Shown one piece after another: positions 38,805 to 48,757 of a stretch of 64,000 bases of DNA. Positions within the stretch are counted from its first letter, which is position 1; each line of letters begins with the position of its first letter. Source of the stretch: Escherichia phage OliverMaurmann_Bas86. The translations under genes and the position numbers were made by a program. The stretch lies in the sequence record PQ850622.1; one strand, written 5' to 3'. Under the pieces are notes generated by a model. The model ran no database searches. It saw only the letters and a list, made by a program, of their open reading frames with translations, and was not told the origin of the DNA.

Positions 38805-39222
38805 CCTTCTCACCTGCCAGATATGCTGTCCAGTCACCAGATTCAACCAGAACATCTTGTTCTTCGTCGATGTGATAAATCCACGCTTCCACAGTTTCAC
38901 CGCTGTCCAATAATACTGGAATCAGCGTACGCTTATAAAAGGTGTATGGGTTATCATTGCCACGGTGACCTTCCAGACCGTCATATGGGCCTTCCAGACC
39001 AGCTTGGGTTGTTTCAAAGACTTCTACACGAACAGGCTTACCATTGCTGTCATGCTCCAAAGATACACTTGGGAAGTATGCTGTGCAATACTGATACAGG
39101 TTACAGTTGTTTACTGTCCACCCTTCACCAATAGACACACCACCTGCACGAGCATTGATAGCATGGTTGTGTTGACCTTTTCTCAAGCTTCCGTAAGTTG
39201 CAACTAGTACTTTATCAGACAT
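38791..39222 (-). CDS. gamma-glutamyl cyclotransferase-like (AIG2/GGCT fold) protein
   Basis: N-terminal VATYGSLRKGQHNH matches the YGSL signature of the GGCT/AIG2 family. Confidence 0.5.
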   Translation of the reverse strand: MSDKVLVATYGSLRKGQHNHAINARAGGVSIGEGWTVNNCNLYQYCTAYFPSVSLEHDSNGKPVRVEVFETTQAGLEGPYDGLEGHRGNDNPYTFYKRTLIPVLLDSGETVEAWIYHIDEEQDVLVESGDWTAYLAGEKDDSN

Positions 39223-39288
39223 TATATTACCTTTTAGTGTTTCAGTTAAATTCGAACTAGCCTCCTCTTTCGAAGAGGCTAAAGCAAA

Positions 39289-39474
39289 TTATTCTACTTC
39301 GAAGTGTTTGATCACACCAGTCAACACATCAGATTGGAATGTACCCACTAGCTCTGTACCTCGGAAGAAGTTAACACTTGTTCCAAGTGATTCAAAGCGA
39401 TCTGCTTGAATGTCCAGAGATTGAATATTTCCTTCTGCTGACATTGTACGAAACATGATTGTGTATTTATTCAC
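39289..39474 (-). CDS. hypothetical protein
   Basis: 61 aa ORF. Confidence 0.3.
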   Translation of the reverse strand: MNKYTIMFRTMSAEGNIQSLDIQADRFESLGTSVNFFRGTELVGTFQSDVLTGVIKHFEVE

Positions 39475-39713
39475 AGACTTGTTACTCCCTTATCTGCTTG
39501 TGCAATTGCGATGATACGCTCAGCACATTCCATTGAATATTTATCACCTCGTTTGAGGAAGGTGATGATTGCAGAGAACTGATTACCAATCATTCTCTTA
39601 TTTGTGATACCGAACTCTTCACAGAGTTGGTTGATAGCTTTACGAGAGCCTACAATCAGAGGCTCTTTTTCTTCGGTCATTCCACGGCTGATCAAATCTT
39701 CGATAGACAACAT
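39471..39713 (-). CDS. hypothetical protein
   Basis: 80 aa ORF. Confidence 0.3.
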   Translation of the reverse strand: MLSIEDLISRGMTEEKEPLIVGSRKAINQLCEEFGITNKRMIGNQFSAIITFLKRGDKYSMECAERIIAIAQADKGVTSL

Positions 39714-39739
39714 TACAAATTCCTTTTTGTTTAATTTAA

Positions 39740-40975
39740 TTACAGAGTTACTGCTACTTCGCTACCTTCAACATTGACAGACTCTAACTTGCGAGGGTTA
39801 TGAATCTGTACCGGATTAACCGGAACGTTCCAACCACTACGGTAGAAGTTACGACCATCACAGAACAAAATGACATTGGCAGACATTGCATTCGGTTGCA
39901 GGTTGTTATGGACATGACGGATATCTGCAATCCAATAACCACGAGACAAAGTGTAACCAGTAGGTGCATTACGAATAGTTTGAGTATTCATCTGACCTTC
40001 CAGTTGCATCTCTTCAGGAACTACATCTACCGAATCAACTGGCTGTGCTACCTGATCTTCCAGTGCAAAGTTTTCATCATTAGCGCTTTCGCTGTCATCT
40101 ACCAACTCACCGTCTCCATCTTCAATCGGAGTCTGGTAAACCACTTTATACTGAGGAGTATAGAGAGGGTTCTGAGCTTTAACAAACTCAAGGATGTTAT
40201 GGCGGTAGGTATCCAGAGTTGTACCAGTCAGGCCCGGTGCTGTATTAACTTCCAGTACCCACGCTTCTTGACCTTTGGTGATAATATCAACTGCACCGAA
40301 ATCCAGACCCATTGATTCAACAGCTTTCACCGCATTGATCAGAGAGGCGTCATTCGGAGCATCTGTGAAGGAGCTTGAGTAAACCCAGCCAGTGTGGTGA
40401 TTACGAATATCTTCACGATAGTTAGGGTCTTCGCGATAACCATTGCGACGAATCTTCTTCTGAACATAGGTGATTACACCTTTGAACACATGAACACGCC
40501 ACTCACGACGTGGGCCTTGAATGCCTTTAGTGTACAGTTCAGCTCGACCAAGACCATCACCCGGTTCTACAACAACAATACCCGAACCAGAGTGACCAGT
40601 CAGCTCATGGCGCTCATACACAATATTACCAGTGTTTGACCACTCCTGAGCAGTCTCTTGAACATCTGTGTATTCCACAGTTTTAACACCTGCTTGGTCC
40701 ATCACACTGAAAGCACGACGTTTGTTCGCTGCCATATATAAGGCTGCGGTACGGTTAAGGACGGTTGCAGAACCAAAGAATGATTCAGGATAGCGACGGT
40801 TCCCGTAGTTAACAACCACATCACCTTCACGAGAACGCCAGCGGCTATTCTCTGAAAGAAGACCCATCACGTTAGCATTGATGCGTTCATCACGGATAGT
40901 ATCACTGATAGCAGATACTAGAGCGTTAACAGAATCAGACGGGCCATACGGAAGAACACGGATACGAGTAGTCAT
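39740..40975 (-). CDS. ATP-grasp family ligase
   Basis: GHSGSGIVVV, EWRVHVF, and C-terminal AWVLEVNTAPGL typical of ATP-grasp folds. Confidence 0.55.
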   Translation of the reverse strand: MTTRIRVLPYGPSDSVNALVSAISDTIRDERINANVMGLLSENSRWRSREGDVVVNYGNRRYPESFFGSATVLNRTAALYMAANKRRAFSVMDQAGVKTVEYTDVQETAQEWSNTGNIVYERHELTGHSGSGIVVVEPGDGLGRAELYTKGIQGPRREWRVHVFKGVITYVQKKIRRNGYREDPNYREDIRNHHTGWVYSSSFTDAPNDASLINAVKAVESMGLDFGAVDIITKGQEAWVLEVNTAPGLTGTTLDTYRHNILEFVKAQNPLYTPQYKVVYQTPIEDGDGELVDDSESANDENFALEDQVAQPVDSVDVVPEEMQLEGQMNTQTIRNAPTGYTLSRGYWIADIRHVHNNLQPNAMSANVILFCDGRNFYRSGWNVPVNPVQIHNPRKLESVNVEGSEVAVTL

Positions 40976-40977
40976 TT

Positions 40978-41208
40978 TTAGATACCTTTTAGTTTAAGAA
41001 TTTCGTTACGACAGGATTGAATTTTAGCTTCGATTGCCCAATACTCAGCGAACATTTCGTCTTCTTGGGCATCGCTTGGAGAGTCAATTAAGTTAAAAGC
41101 AAACGGATACAGCTTTCGCTGCTCCGTTACCAGTTGTTGAAGTCGGAGTTGTTGATACTCCAGCATTGTCAGGTGAGGCTTAGCTCCCTTGCTTGACATG
41201 AGGCTCAA
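40978..41208 (-). CDS. hypothetical protein
   Basis: 76 aa ORF. Confidence 0.3.
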   Translation of the reverse strand: MSLMSSKGAKPHLTMLEYQQLRLQQLVTEQRKLYPFAFNLIDSPSDAQEDEMFAEYWAIEAKIQSCRNEILKLKGI

Positions 41209-41413
41209 CTTTAATCCCCTTCATTTTAACATAGTCAGCCAACACGTTATTGATAACGGTTGGAAAAGGGATTTCTACTGGAGAGTCAACCAGCTTCCCA
41301 ATACCTTCTTGCATCCACTTCTGGATTGCTCGGAGGTTATCACATCCTGTGCTTGTCATCGGAATACGGCGGGTAGTTACCACGTTATCCAACATCAGTT
41401 TACGAACTTCCAT
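41180..41413 (-). CDS. hypothetical protein
   Basis: 77 aa ORF. Confidence 0.3.
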   Translation of the reverse strand: MEVRKLMLDNVVTTRRIPMTSTGCDNLRAIQKWMQEGIGKLVDSPVEIPFPTVINNVLADYVKMKGIKVEPHVKQGS

Positions 41414-41424
41414 AACTATACCTC

Positions 41425-43458
41425 TTAGTGTTTACCTTTACAGTAATCTGAATTACAGATCACCCTGTTTTCTTTGTTCAGTGAGCAAGTTTCTGCATCA
41501 CGCCACGGAATTTGTTTATAACAGACTGCACAAAACCCAATTGAAGTCCAGAGGGCTTTTGTAAACTCAGCTGTTCGTTGTCCATCGTAACTGACAACTG
41601 TTTTTCGGAGAGAGGTTGACTTTTCTGGAAATGTCTCCGCTTTCTCAGCGGGTACCTCCTTTGGGGCATTCTTTGGACCATAAACAGAGATGGCATAAGT
41701 ATCACCACCACGTTTTTCCAAATACGAATTAGGAACATCTGCAAGTGTGATGTCCCCTGAACGTTTTGCTGAGCTGACCATTACAATCATACGGCTAAGC
41801 ATACGTTCATCAACACGAACAGCTACTTCAGGACGACGTGGGTTGGTTGTGTCTACTGCTTTAGTCCAAATATAACCTTCAGATAGAGTAACATTCTTTA
41901 CTTTATCTTTGATTTCTTTGGAGCAGATATAACAAACGTCTTCACCACGAAGTTTACTCATTTCGTTGTCAAACTCGAAATCAGTCTTGACTTCACCACA
42001 GATAGCACATACACCCAAAGGCACATCTTCTTCCTCTTCAGAGGTTTTAGATAACGCTTCGAAGCATTCTGGATGCCAGTATGCCTGATAAGCAAACACA
42101 GCCTTACGAGCATCTTTCCAGTCAATGTGCTTATCACAACCACCACAGTCACCATGAGAGTGAGATTCCCAGAACTTACGAGTGACTTCTACACCATTCT
42201 TAGTGATGAAGGAGTCCTCTGCATCAAAAGGGATATCATCATCAAAATCAGCAGTAGTGCTTTGAGGCTCCTTATCTGTAGCATCAACAAACAGCCCTGA
42301 AGTTAGTACGAGGCGAATCATACTGTCCACTTCGGAGATACAAGCGATTGTCCCGCGATATACTACCTTTGGGTTTTCAAGAGCCTTAAGATATTCATCT
42401 TTGGCTACGTTGTGAACATCCCCTTCGACATACTCTTGGGCTTTATCATCGTAGATGTAACCAACCATCTTACCACGATCTGTGTTGTTATAAGCATGGA
42501 ACTCGTGAGGAGTAATATCCACACGACCATCACGACGATAAGGAAGACCACGATCGGCAGCCAGTTTGTTCTGGTCTTCAATCGCTTTACGACGACGAAT
42601 GTCTCCGCTTGTCACGCCGGGCTTGTCGTCTTTGTTTCCGTAAATGTCGCTTGTGCTGCTGCTTGGTTTGTTTGTCTGTTGGTTCTGATAAAGAGAGGAG
42701 TTCGAGTAATAGCCGCCCCAGCGACTCGTTACCGTAAAAACCGGAAGCTTGTGCTCCACCTCTTGAACCAGAGTCATACGACTGTTAGACACATCAAAGA
42801 TATACTCAGTTCCCACTTTACACTCGAAGTGGTCATTGATACGGTTCTTGTGGGATTTAGAACGCTCTAAAATCCACATAAGCATAGCTTCTTCAGAAGC
42901 CCCAAACCAATCCAAACCACAGCGGGCTAGGTGGAAAGGACGCTCATCATTACGGATAATGTGAAGCGTGTTGTCTTTAGCATCATGCCAAATCAAAGTG
43001 AATGCACCATCCAGTTTTTGGATAGTCTCTGCTGCTCCAATGGTGTTAATTGAGTGGCAGATGTTTTCACTATCAACTTCGAAACGCTTACTGTCAGGAA
43101 GGAGATCTTGATCTAACAGGGTTCCATTATGAACCAGAGTAATATCCCCGTGAGTAAATGGGTGAGCATTTCGAGCATTGACAGCCCCACGAGTGGCATG
43201 TCGGCTGTGACCAACAATCCACGAAGGAGGAACTACGTAGTTCGTAAGCCCTTTGGTAATATTTGTATATTCTGTCTGGAGCATAAAAGCATAAGAAGGA
43301 AGAGCTTCTTTATAAGAGAAGACTTGCTTTTCACCTTTACGCTGACCAAACACACCAGTTGAGTGCTGTCCACGGAAAACACCAGCATACAGAAGTTGGT
43401 TGAAAATGTCCAAATCTGCTGAGGTCATGTTGCCGCCAGCTAATACGATACCACAAAT
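41425..43458 (-). CDS. class-II (Ntn) glutamine amidotransferase with Cys-rich C-terminal domain; probable ATT start
   Basis: In-frame extension upstream of the first ATG reads stop-K-I-CGIVLAGGN-M...FRGQHSTG, i.e. the Cys1 nucleophile and RGxxxxG motif of Ntn amidotransferases; AGGTGG lies 8 nt upstream of the ATT. Confidence 0.55.
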   Translation of the reverse strand: MCGIVLAGGNMTSADLDIFNQLLYAGVFRGQHSTGVFGQRKGEKQVFSYKEALPSYAFMLQTEYTNITKGLTNYVVPPSWIVGHSRHATRGAVNARNAHPFTHGDITLVHNGTLLDQDLLPDSKRFEVDSENICHSINTIGAAETIQKLDGAFTLIWHDAKDNTLHIIRNDERPFHLARCGLDWFGASEEAMLMWILERSKSHKNRINDHFECKVGTEYIFDVSNSRMTLVQEVEHKLPVFTVTSRWGGYYSNSSLYQNQQTNKPSSSTSDIYGNKDDKPGVTSGDIRRRKAIEDQNKLAADRGLPYRRDGRVDITPHEFHAYNNTDRGKMVGYIYDDKAQEYVEGDVHNVAKDEYLKALENPKVVYRGTIACISEVDSMIRLVLTSGLFVDATDKEPQSTTADFDDDIPFDAEDSFITKNGVEVTRKFWESHSHGDCGGCDKHIDWKDARKAVFAYQAYWHPECFEALSKTSEEEEDVPLGVCAICGEVKTDFEFDNEMSKLRGEDVCYICSKEIKDKVKNVTLSEGYIWTKAVDTTNPRRPEVAVRVDERMLSRMIVMVSSAKRSGDITLADVPNSYLEKRGGDTYAISVYGPKNAPKEVPAEKAETFPEKSTSLRKTVVSYDGQRTAEFTKALWTSIGFCAVCYKQIPWRDAETCSLNKENRVICNSDYCKGKH

Positions 43459-43535
43459 TTTCTAATCCACCTGAAGGGTAAACCCTTTCATCTAATTAAC
43501 CTTTAAATGCGCCCTGTATAAGAGCGCCCGTTGTG

Positions 43536-44636
43536 TTACAGCAGTCGTTCTAATTGCATTTCCAGAAGGTCTGGAATATAACCAGTGACGTTATCATCAC
43601 TGCTACCTGATTCACGCATCAATGCAAACATGTGACGAATTTCACGAACCGTTGCGATTCGAGTGCTTTCAATCTGAGGGGTGTAGTAGGTCATGATCTC
43701 TTCGTAGACACTGTTGGCATTACCGCGCACATATCCCAAGAAACCATAGAAGTCATTCATATCACGTAAGTTGATAAGGACTTCACCATCAGGGCCAGTC
43801 TGTTGCACACGAACACGACCAACCAAAGTCACAGATTGCTCACGACAGAAGAGAATATCACGAGCAAGACGATACCCTTCAGTGAGATCACTGTCTCTTG
43901 GAGTATAGTCTAGGGGTAGATGTTGAATCATAGGAGCGAAGCGCAGCTCATTCAACTTCTCAACATAAGCTTCATTGTCTAAATCTGCATATTCAACAGC
44001 CAGTTTCTTGAGAACCAAGAAGCGGTTGACCAGATTCAGAAGTTGGCTCTTTTTCCACTTCGGCTCTGAGATACGGAACTCAACAGAACCAAATTGAGAT
44101 AGAGGCAAAAGATTAAGGGAGGTATATTTATCCCAGCTATTAACAAGAGAGTGGAAGAAAGCTTCCCCGTCTCGGTTGAACGCTGACGAAGCATTCATAA
44201 CTTGTGCTTGAACGACAGCAAAAGCTGGACAGAAGTTGCTACGATAGCGATGGTATCCAGAACATTTGAACATCATCTTTTCATAGAACGTCCATCCAAG
44301 AATAACTTTCTTAAGGATGTTACTATCAGCGTCACGCATATCCATATGAACATGAGTGGAGCAGCGCCAAGTTCCCTCGGCTCCAGAATCCTGTACTGCT
44401 TCACTCAGATTGTTAATAGCACGAAGTAATTCTTCACCGTTGTAAGGTCGTGCACATACTAATTCACAACCATCACGAAGAGAGCCATCTTCAGTACAAA
44501 CCCACATATCAGCGTCAATGTCAGTTGTACCTTCGACTTCTAACTCAATACCAACACCACACTGAAAAGCAATACTTGGATGCGGTTCAGATAAGCGAGG
44601 GTTACGGTATCCAAAAACTTGTGCTACGGTTGTCAT
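43536..44636 (-). CDS. glutamine-synthetase-fold carboxylate-amine ligase (amidoligase)-like protein
   Basis: GVGIELEVEG and STHVHMD resemble the GxExE and HVH motifs of YbdK-type ligases. Confidence 0.45.
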   Translation of the reverse strand: MTTVAQVFGYRNPRLSEPHPSIAFQCGVGIELEVEGTTDIDADMWVCTEDGSLRDGCELVCARPYNGEELLRAINNLSEAVQDSGAEGTWRCSTHVHMDMRDADSNILKKVILGWTFYEKMMFKCSGYHRYRSNFCPAFAVVQAQVMNASSAFNRDGEAFFHSLVNSWDKYTSLNLLPLSQFGSVEFRISEPKWKKSQLLNLVNRFLVLKKLAVEYADLDNEAYVEKLNELRFAPMIQHLPLDYTPRDSDLTEGYRLARDILFCREQSVTLVGRVRVQQTGPDGEVLINLRDMNDFYGFLGYVRGNANSVYEEIMTYYTPQIESTRIATVREIRHMFALMRESGSSDDNVTGYIPDLLEMQLERLL

Positions 44637-45259
44637 AATGATTCCACCAACTCTACATTATATGATGACAGGTCTGAAGAAATATGCTTGAACTTCTCCA
44701 GAAGGTTTAAAGATTGACGACCATTGTCGCCATAACCAGCTTCAAGAAGCACGTTTCCAACGTAAGCCCCTTTGTAATAAACTTTTCCATCGACAGGATT
44801 GATATAGATGAAACGAGTAACCAACCCTTCAAACTCTGGATTAAACAGGTTGTACACCAATTCACCCGGAATCGAACGACCGAGAGAAGGAGGTGCACCG
44901 CGAAGTTTGTTTCCCATCAAACCTTTAGCTCTCTGACGAACAGGGTTGATATGGGTCCAGCTCACCATGTTATTGCCATGCTGAAGGTATCCTACATCTG
45001 GAGATTCCAGAATAAGGCTGTGATCAAACACTGGTATATTGCTAACAATCTGACGTTCAAACTGACCTTCAGAGTTTTTAGTCCAACGTTCTGCCTCAAA
45101 CACTAAAGACATTTCAGCGTCGTGTGAGTAGTCGTCGATATCAAAGTTACCTTGCTGACGAACATCAAGCACATATAGAGGGAGGTTTTTACCATCAGGT
45201 GATCGCTGAGCAATCCATGTTCCACAATAATAGTGTTGAAAATCTCTTAACAAGCTCAC
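44633..45259 (-). CDS. hypothetical protein in amidoligase module
   Basis: 208 aa ORF, overlaps neighbours. Confidence 0.35.
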   Translation of the reverse strand: MSLLRDFQHYYCGTWIAQRSPDGKNLPLYVLDVRQQGNFDIDDYSHDAEMSLVFEAERWTKNSEGQFERQIVSNIPVFDHSLILESPDVGYLQHGNNMVSWTHINPVRQRAKGLMGNKLRGAPPSLGRSIPGELVYNLFNPEFEGLVTRFIYINPVDGKVYYKGAYVGNVLLEAGYGDNGRQSLNLLEKFKHISSDLSSYNVELVESL

Positions 45260-45268
45260 AATATCACC

Positions 45269-46078
45269 TTATACAATCTGGAGTTTAGAGGAGAATTTAT
45301 CCGCTTCTTTAACATCGTTGCTGTTGATGATGTTATGAAGCTTTTCGATTGGAAGACGAGAGTGAAGTGACATCAACACTTCCATATCACAGCCTTGAAC
45401 AACCTTATCCACTTGCTCATAAACAAACTTGCGGGTTGACTTCTCACCAATCCAGAAGTTAGAAAGAGAACGATATTCAATACCGTAGTCCTTGTAACGA
45501 ATAGCAGAAGCCTTTCCGTACAACTCTTTACGACGAGTGTCTTTATCCATGATTACAGCTGGCAAGGACAGGAAGTAATCACACAGCACACCCAACATCA
45601 TTTGAGTTTGTCGATTGATCTCCAAAGTTCCAGAGACACCGAGGTGCACATGGCCCCCAGCAGTACGCAAACCTTTATCGGTTGCGACTGGTGAAGGGTT
45701 CTTTTGTCCAGTGAAGGCGTTGAAATCAGGAGTACAGCCAAATACAAAAGCTGACGGATGGAATGATTCAAGCTCTTCTGAAGTGAACACATGAGAGCTA
45801 ATCCCAAGCGCTGCTTCCAGACCACGATCATTCAGGATTTTGTTAGTCAGATCAATACCGCGCTGAATATTATCATCAAACGCTTCAAACCCTTTCTGTG
45901 GGTTAATATCAAACTCAGCCAGAACGTTGTCTTCTTGAAGACGAACATCAGGAGCCAGATCAATTTTGTTATCTTTAGAACATCCCAGCTTACCAGCCAC
46001 AGAGGTGATAATACCGGAAGCAGTACGAACAAACATTTCCGGATCCGACCCTATTAAGAATTTACGTTTAGTAGTCAT
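45269..46078 (-). CDS. second amidoligase-like protein (weaker match)
   Basis: FLIGSDPEMF and GGHVHLGV echo the same GxExE / HVH pattern. Confidence 0.35.
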   Translation of the reverse strand: MTTKRKFLIGSDPEMFVRTASGIITSVAGKLGCSKDNKIDLAPDVRLQEDNVLAEFDINPQKGFEAFDDNIQRGIDLTNKILNDRGLEAALGISSHVFTSEELESFHPSAFVFGCTPDFNAFTGQKNPSPVATDKGLRTAGGHVHLGVSGTLEINRQTQMMLGVLCDYFLSLPAVIMDKDTRRKELYGKASAIRYKDYGIEYRSLSNFWIGEKSTRKFVYEQVDKVVQGCDMEVLMSLHSRLPIEKLHNIINSNDVKEADKFSSKLQIV

Positions 46079-46545
46079 GCTTTAGTCCAACCTTTATGAG
46101 ATAGATAGTTTTTAAATCTGCCACTGTGCACAGCGCCCATGTGGCCTTGATGTAAGTCGTTGCTTCTACAGAAGTCTCTAAGATTGTATATTGTTACAAC
46201 CTCGCCATCTGGAGATCTAAACTTCCAAAATCTAGCATTCCCTTTCACAGCGTTTTCTTCACTGGTCAGAAGTTGGAAATTACTTGGGTGGTTATTAAGT
46301 TTATCGCCATCGATGTGATCAACAGTCATACCATCCGGAATAGGCCCAATAAACAATTCATACATAAGTCTATGTAATAAAAAGTTCCTTGTTATCTTTT
46401 CAGGAGCCTGAACTGTTGTAAACTTAAGATAACCATCTTTATCAGGAAACAGTTTCCTCTGTTTCCCTGTTCTTGCATGGAATATACTACCGTCTTCGAA
46501 CACCAAGAAGGTAGCAACTCCGACTACTAACTCCCTAAATTCCAT
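46075..46545 (-). CDS. HNH homing endonuclease
   Basis: VDHIDGDKLNNHPSNFQLLTSEEN. Confidence 0.55.
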   Translation of the reverse strand: MEFRELVVGVATFLVFEDGSIFHARTGKQRKLFPDKDGYLKFTTVQAPEKITRNFLLHRLMYELFIGPIPDGMTVDHIDGDKLNNHPSNFQLLTSEENAVKGNARFWKFRSPDGEVVTIYNLRDFCRSNDLHQGHMGAVHSGRFKNYLSHKGWTKA

Positions 46546-46569
46546 AGAGAGCCAATAAGGAAAGCACGC

Positions 46570-47520
46570 TTAGTCATTGTAATACTCCACGAGTTCATCA
46601 AAAAGGGAAACAACACGAGCACCAGCTTCTTCTGGTGTCATTGAGGAAGGTACTGCTTGCATCAGTCGTTCGATAAAACTGCGAACAGTGATTCTGTCCA
46701 TACGCTGATCTAATACTTCTCGCTTGTGACCTGCACAAGTTGACCAGAGACGCAACCACTCACTCATACTTTCATAATGGTCAGGGTCTTGGTCACGACG
46801 GCGTGCCATACGACGGAGAACTCCATCATTATGGTTTCGTACATAACCATCTCGGTTATCATCAACACCGAACACATTCTGAACCCATACGTTTTCAGAA
46901 AATTCATCAGTGGTGCAAATTAGTGGCAGAAATGCAATTGCACTCATGTCACCATCAAAATAAGTCGCTGCTGACTCATCGGTTGAGTCTACGTCATTAC
47001 TATAACACCAGCGACCAAAGAAGTTACGACTTAAACCAGCTAAGCGTAGAGCTAAACCGATTCGTTGTCGCTTAAGCAACTCTTCCTTGTCTTGTACGCC
47101 TTCCTGAAGGAACTCCATTCCATTAAAATCACCATCCAAATAGCTACGGATGGTCATTAGTCCAGTAAACACCTTGTCTGCTGGATGGTTTCGAAGGTTC
47201 ACGGCAATGGAGTTCACCGAAGTGACAGAGAACATATCTTTATAGCAAGACATTGAGTTAAAAATGTCTGTTGCTTCAACTAAAGCTCTTTCGATATCTT
47301 TAGCCGGCACGCCATAAAAATTGTGAGGCCAGAAGTTAATAACTTCAATTTCTGAAGTTCTGTCACGAAGGCTTGTTCGGTTACGACTTTCACCGTTAAT
47401 GTCTGTAACAGAATACATGTGCATACAGTTAAAAGTACCAAAGCAAGCTCTTCCTTTGAACACTGACTCACCGAAATCCTCTGCCGGTGTTACCGGAGCA
47501 ATCGATGCGGAGATTGACAT
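46570..47520 (-). CDS. hypothetical protein in amidoligase module
   Basis: 316 aa ORF. Confidence 0.35.
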   Translation of the reverse strand: MSISASIAPVTPAEDFGESVFKGRACFGTFNCMHMYSVTDINGESRNRTSLRDRTSEIEVINFWPHNFYGVPAKDIERALVEATDIFNSMSCYKDMFSVTSVNSIAVNLRNHPADKVFTGLMTIRSYLDGDFNGMEFLQEGVQDKEELLKRQRIGLALRLAGLSRNFFGRWCYSNDVDSTDESAATYFDGDMSAIAFLPLICTTDEFSENVWVQNVFGVDDNRDGYVRNHNDGVLRRMARRRDQDPDHYESMSEWLRLWSTCAGHKREVLDQRMDRITVRSFIERLMQAVPSSMTPEEAGARVVSLFDELVEYYND

Positions 47521-47528
47521 ATTCGCCT

Positions 47529-48746
47529 CTATTTATTAAAGAATAATTTTTCCATAATGGTTTCCCACTCTTCTGAGGGGAGGGTTGAGAACCCGTTTCC
47601 GTGAAGCCTGTTTGTCATGCAACTAATAATATTGTACATGTTGTAGCTTCGGGTGGATTCTGTTCCATTGTTCCAGTTATAACCGAAAACAATTTTATCG
47701 AAGGAGGTTTTATCCGTAGTTACTTCTCGGATGAACTCAACCAAGAGCGATTTCTCTGTGATGACCGCACGTTCACCATCTGGCAGATTACAATACTGAG
47801 GAAGAAGGATTGGTAAGAACATCGAATTGTTCACTCGACAATCGCGCACACCTTCACTGCGATAGATTAGGCTTGAGAAGTCTTCATCACGCAGGTGTCC
47901 TTCACCTTCAGTGTATTCACACTGTCGCCATTTGGTCTGGCGAGGTTCAACCATTGTACTACCAACGCCTACTGTATACAGAGACGCTTGGAAGATACAT
48001 GAATCGTAATCATTCCCTGTTAAAGCAACTTGCTCATTGCCGAACACATCCACTGAAGAGTTGATCAGTCGGCTGAATGCAAGAGAGGCTAAAGGGGACC
48101 AACCTTTCTTATACATCTTGTTCAACATTTCATACACAGCAGATTTTTCATCATCTGTATAGAATGTACGATTCAGCATCAGATAGAACAGAGCGCGATC
48201 AGCAGGACAACCATCAGTACAAACACCCATGAATCCTACTTCATGCCATACCAGACATGAGTCAGAATCCTTATCCATGAATGCTTCAAAGGCTTCCATT
48301 ACAGCCCTGTCAGTAACATCAGGACGGTTGTTTTCTTCTGCCCATGTTTCTACATGAGAAGGAGGACGAGGGTCTCCATTCTCCACCCCTTCGCGGAAAT
48401 ATTGAGTGGTAATAGGCTTTTTATCACCATAACGTTTTACACCATAAGCGGGAAGGTGTGTACCAGAGTTCCAGATGTACTTAATTTCGGACATAGGCAT
48501 CATGTTTTCAAGAACGTTCTCTTCAGCAGTGCCTTGACGAACCATCATATTTTCACTCCACACCTTAATGCGGATATTCCAGCCGTAGTTGCTGTCATAC
48601 GTGTTATAATAATCAGGATCACCATCTTCATCTTCATCATAATCACCACCCTGATAGTAACCTGCTTTCAGGAAACCATAACAAGGAGGCCAGATGGTTA
48701 CAACATCATCTGATTCTTTCCAGCTTTGAAGTGTTACAGGGAACAT
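47529..48746 (-). CDS. hypothetical protein with acidic N-terminal region
   Basis: 405 aa ORF. Confidence 0.35.
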   Translation of the reverse strand: MFPVTLQSWKESDDVVTIWPPCYGFLKAGYYQGGDYDEDEDGDPDYYNTYDSNYGWNIRIKVWSENMMVRQGTAEENVLENMMPMSEIKYIWNSGTHLPAYGVKRYGDKKPITTQYFREGVENGDPRPPSHVETWAEENNRPDVTDRAVMEAFEAFMDKDSDSCLVWHEVGFMGVCTDGCPADRALFYLMLNRTFYTDDEKSAVYEMLNKMYKKGWSPLASLAFSRLINSSVDVFGNEQVALTGNDYDSCIFQASLYTVGVGSTMVEPRQTKWRQCEYTEGEGHLRDEDFSSLIYRSEGVRDCRVNNSMFLPILLPQYCNLPDGERAVITEKSLLVEFIREVTTDKTSFDKIVFGYNWNNGTESTRSYNMYNIISCMTNRLHGNGFSTLPSEEWETIMEKLFFNK

Positions 48747-48757
48747 CTTTTACCTCT

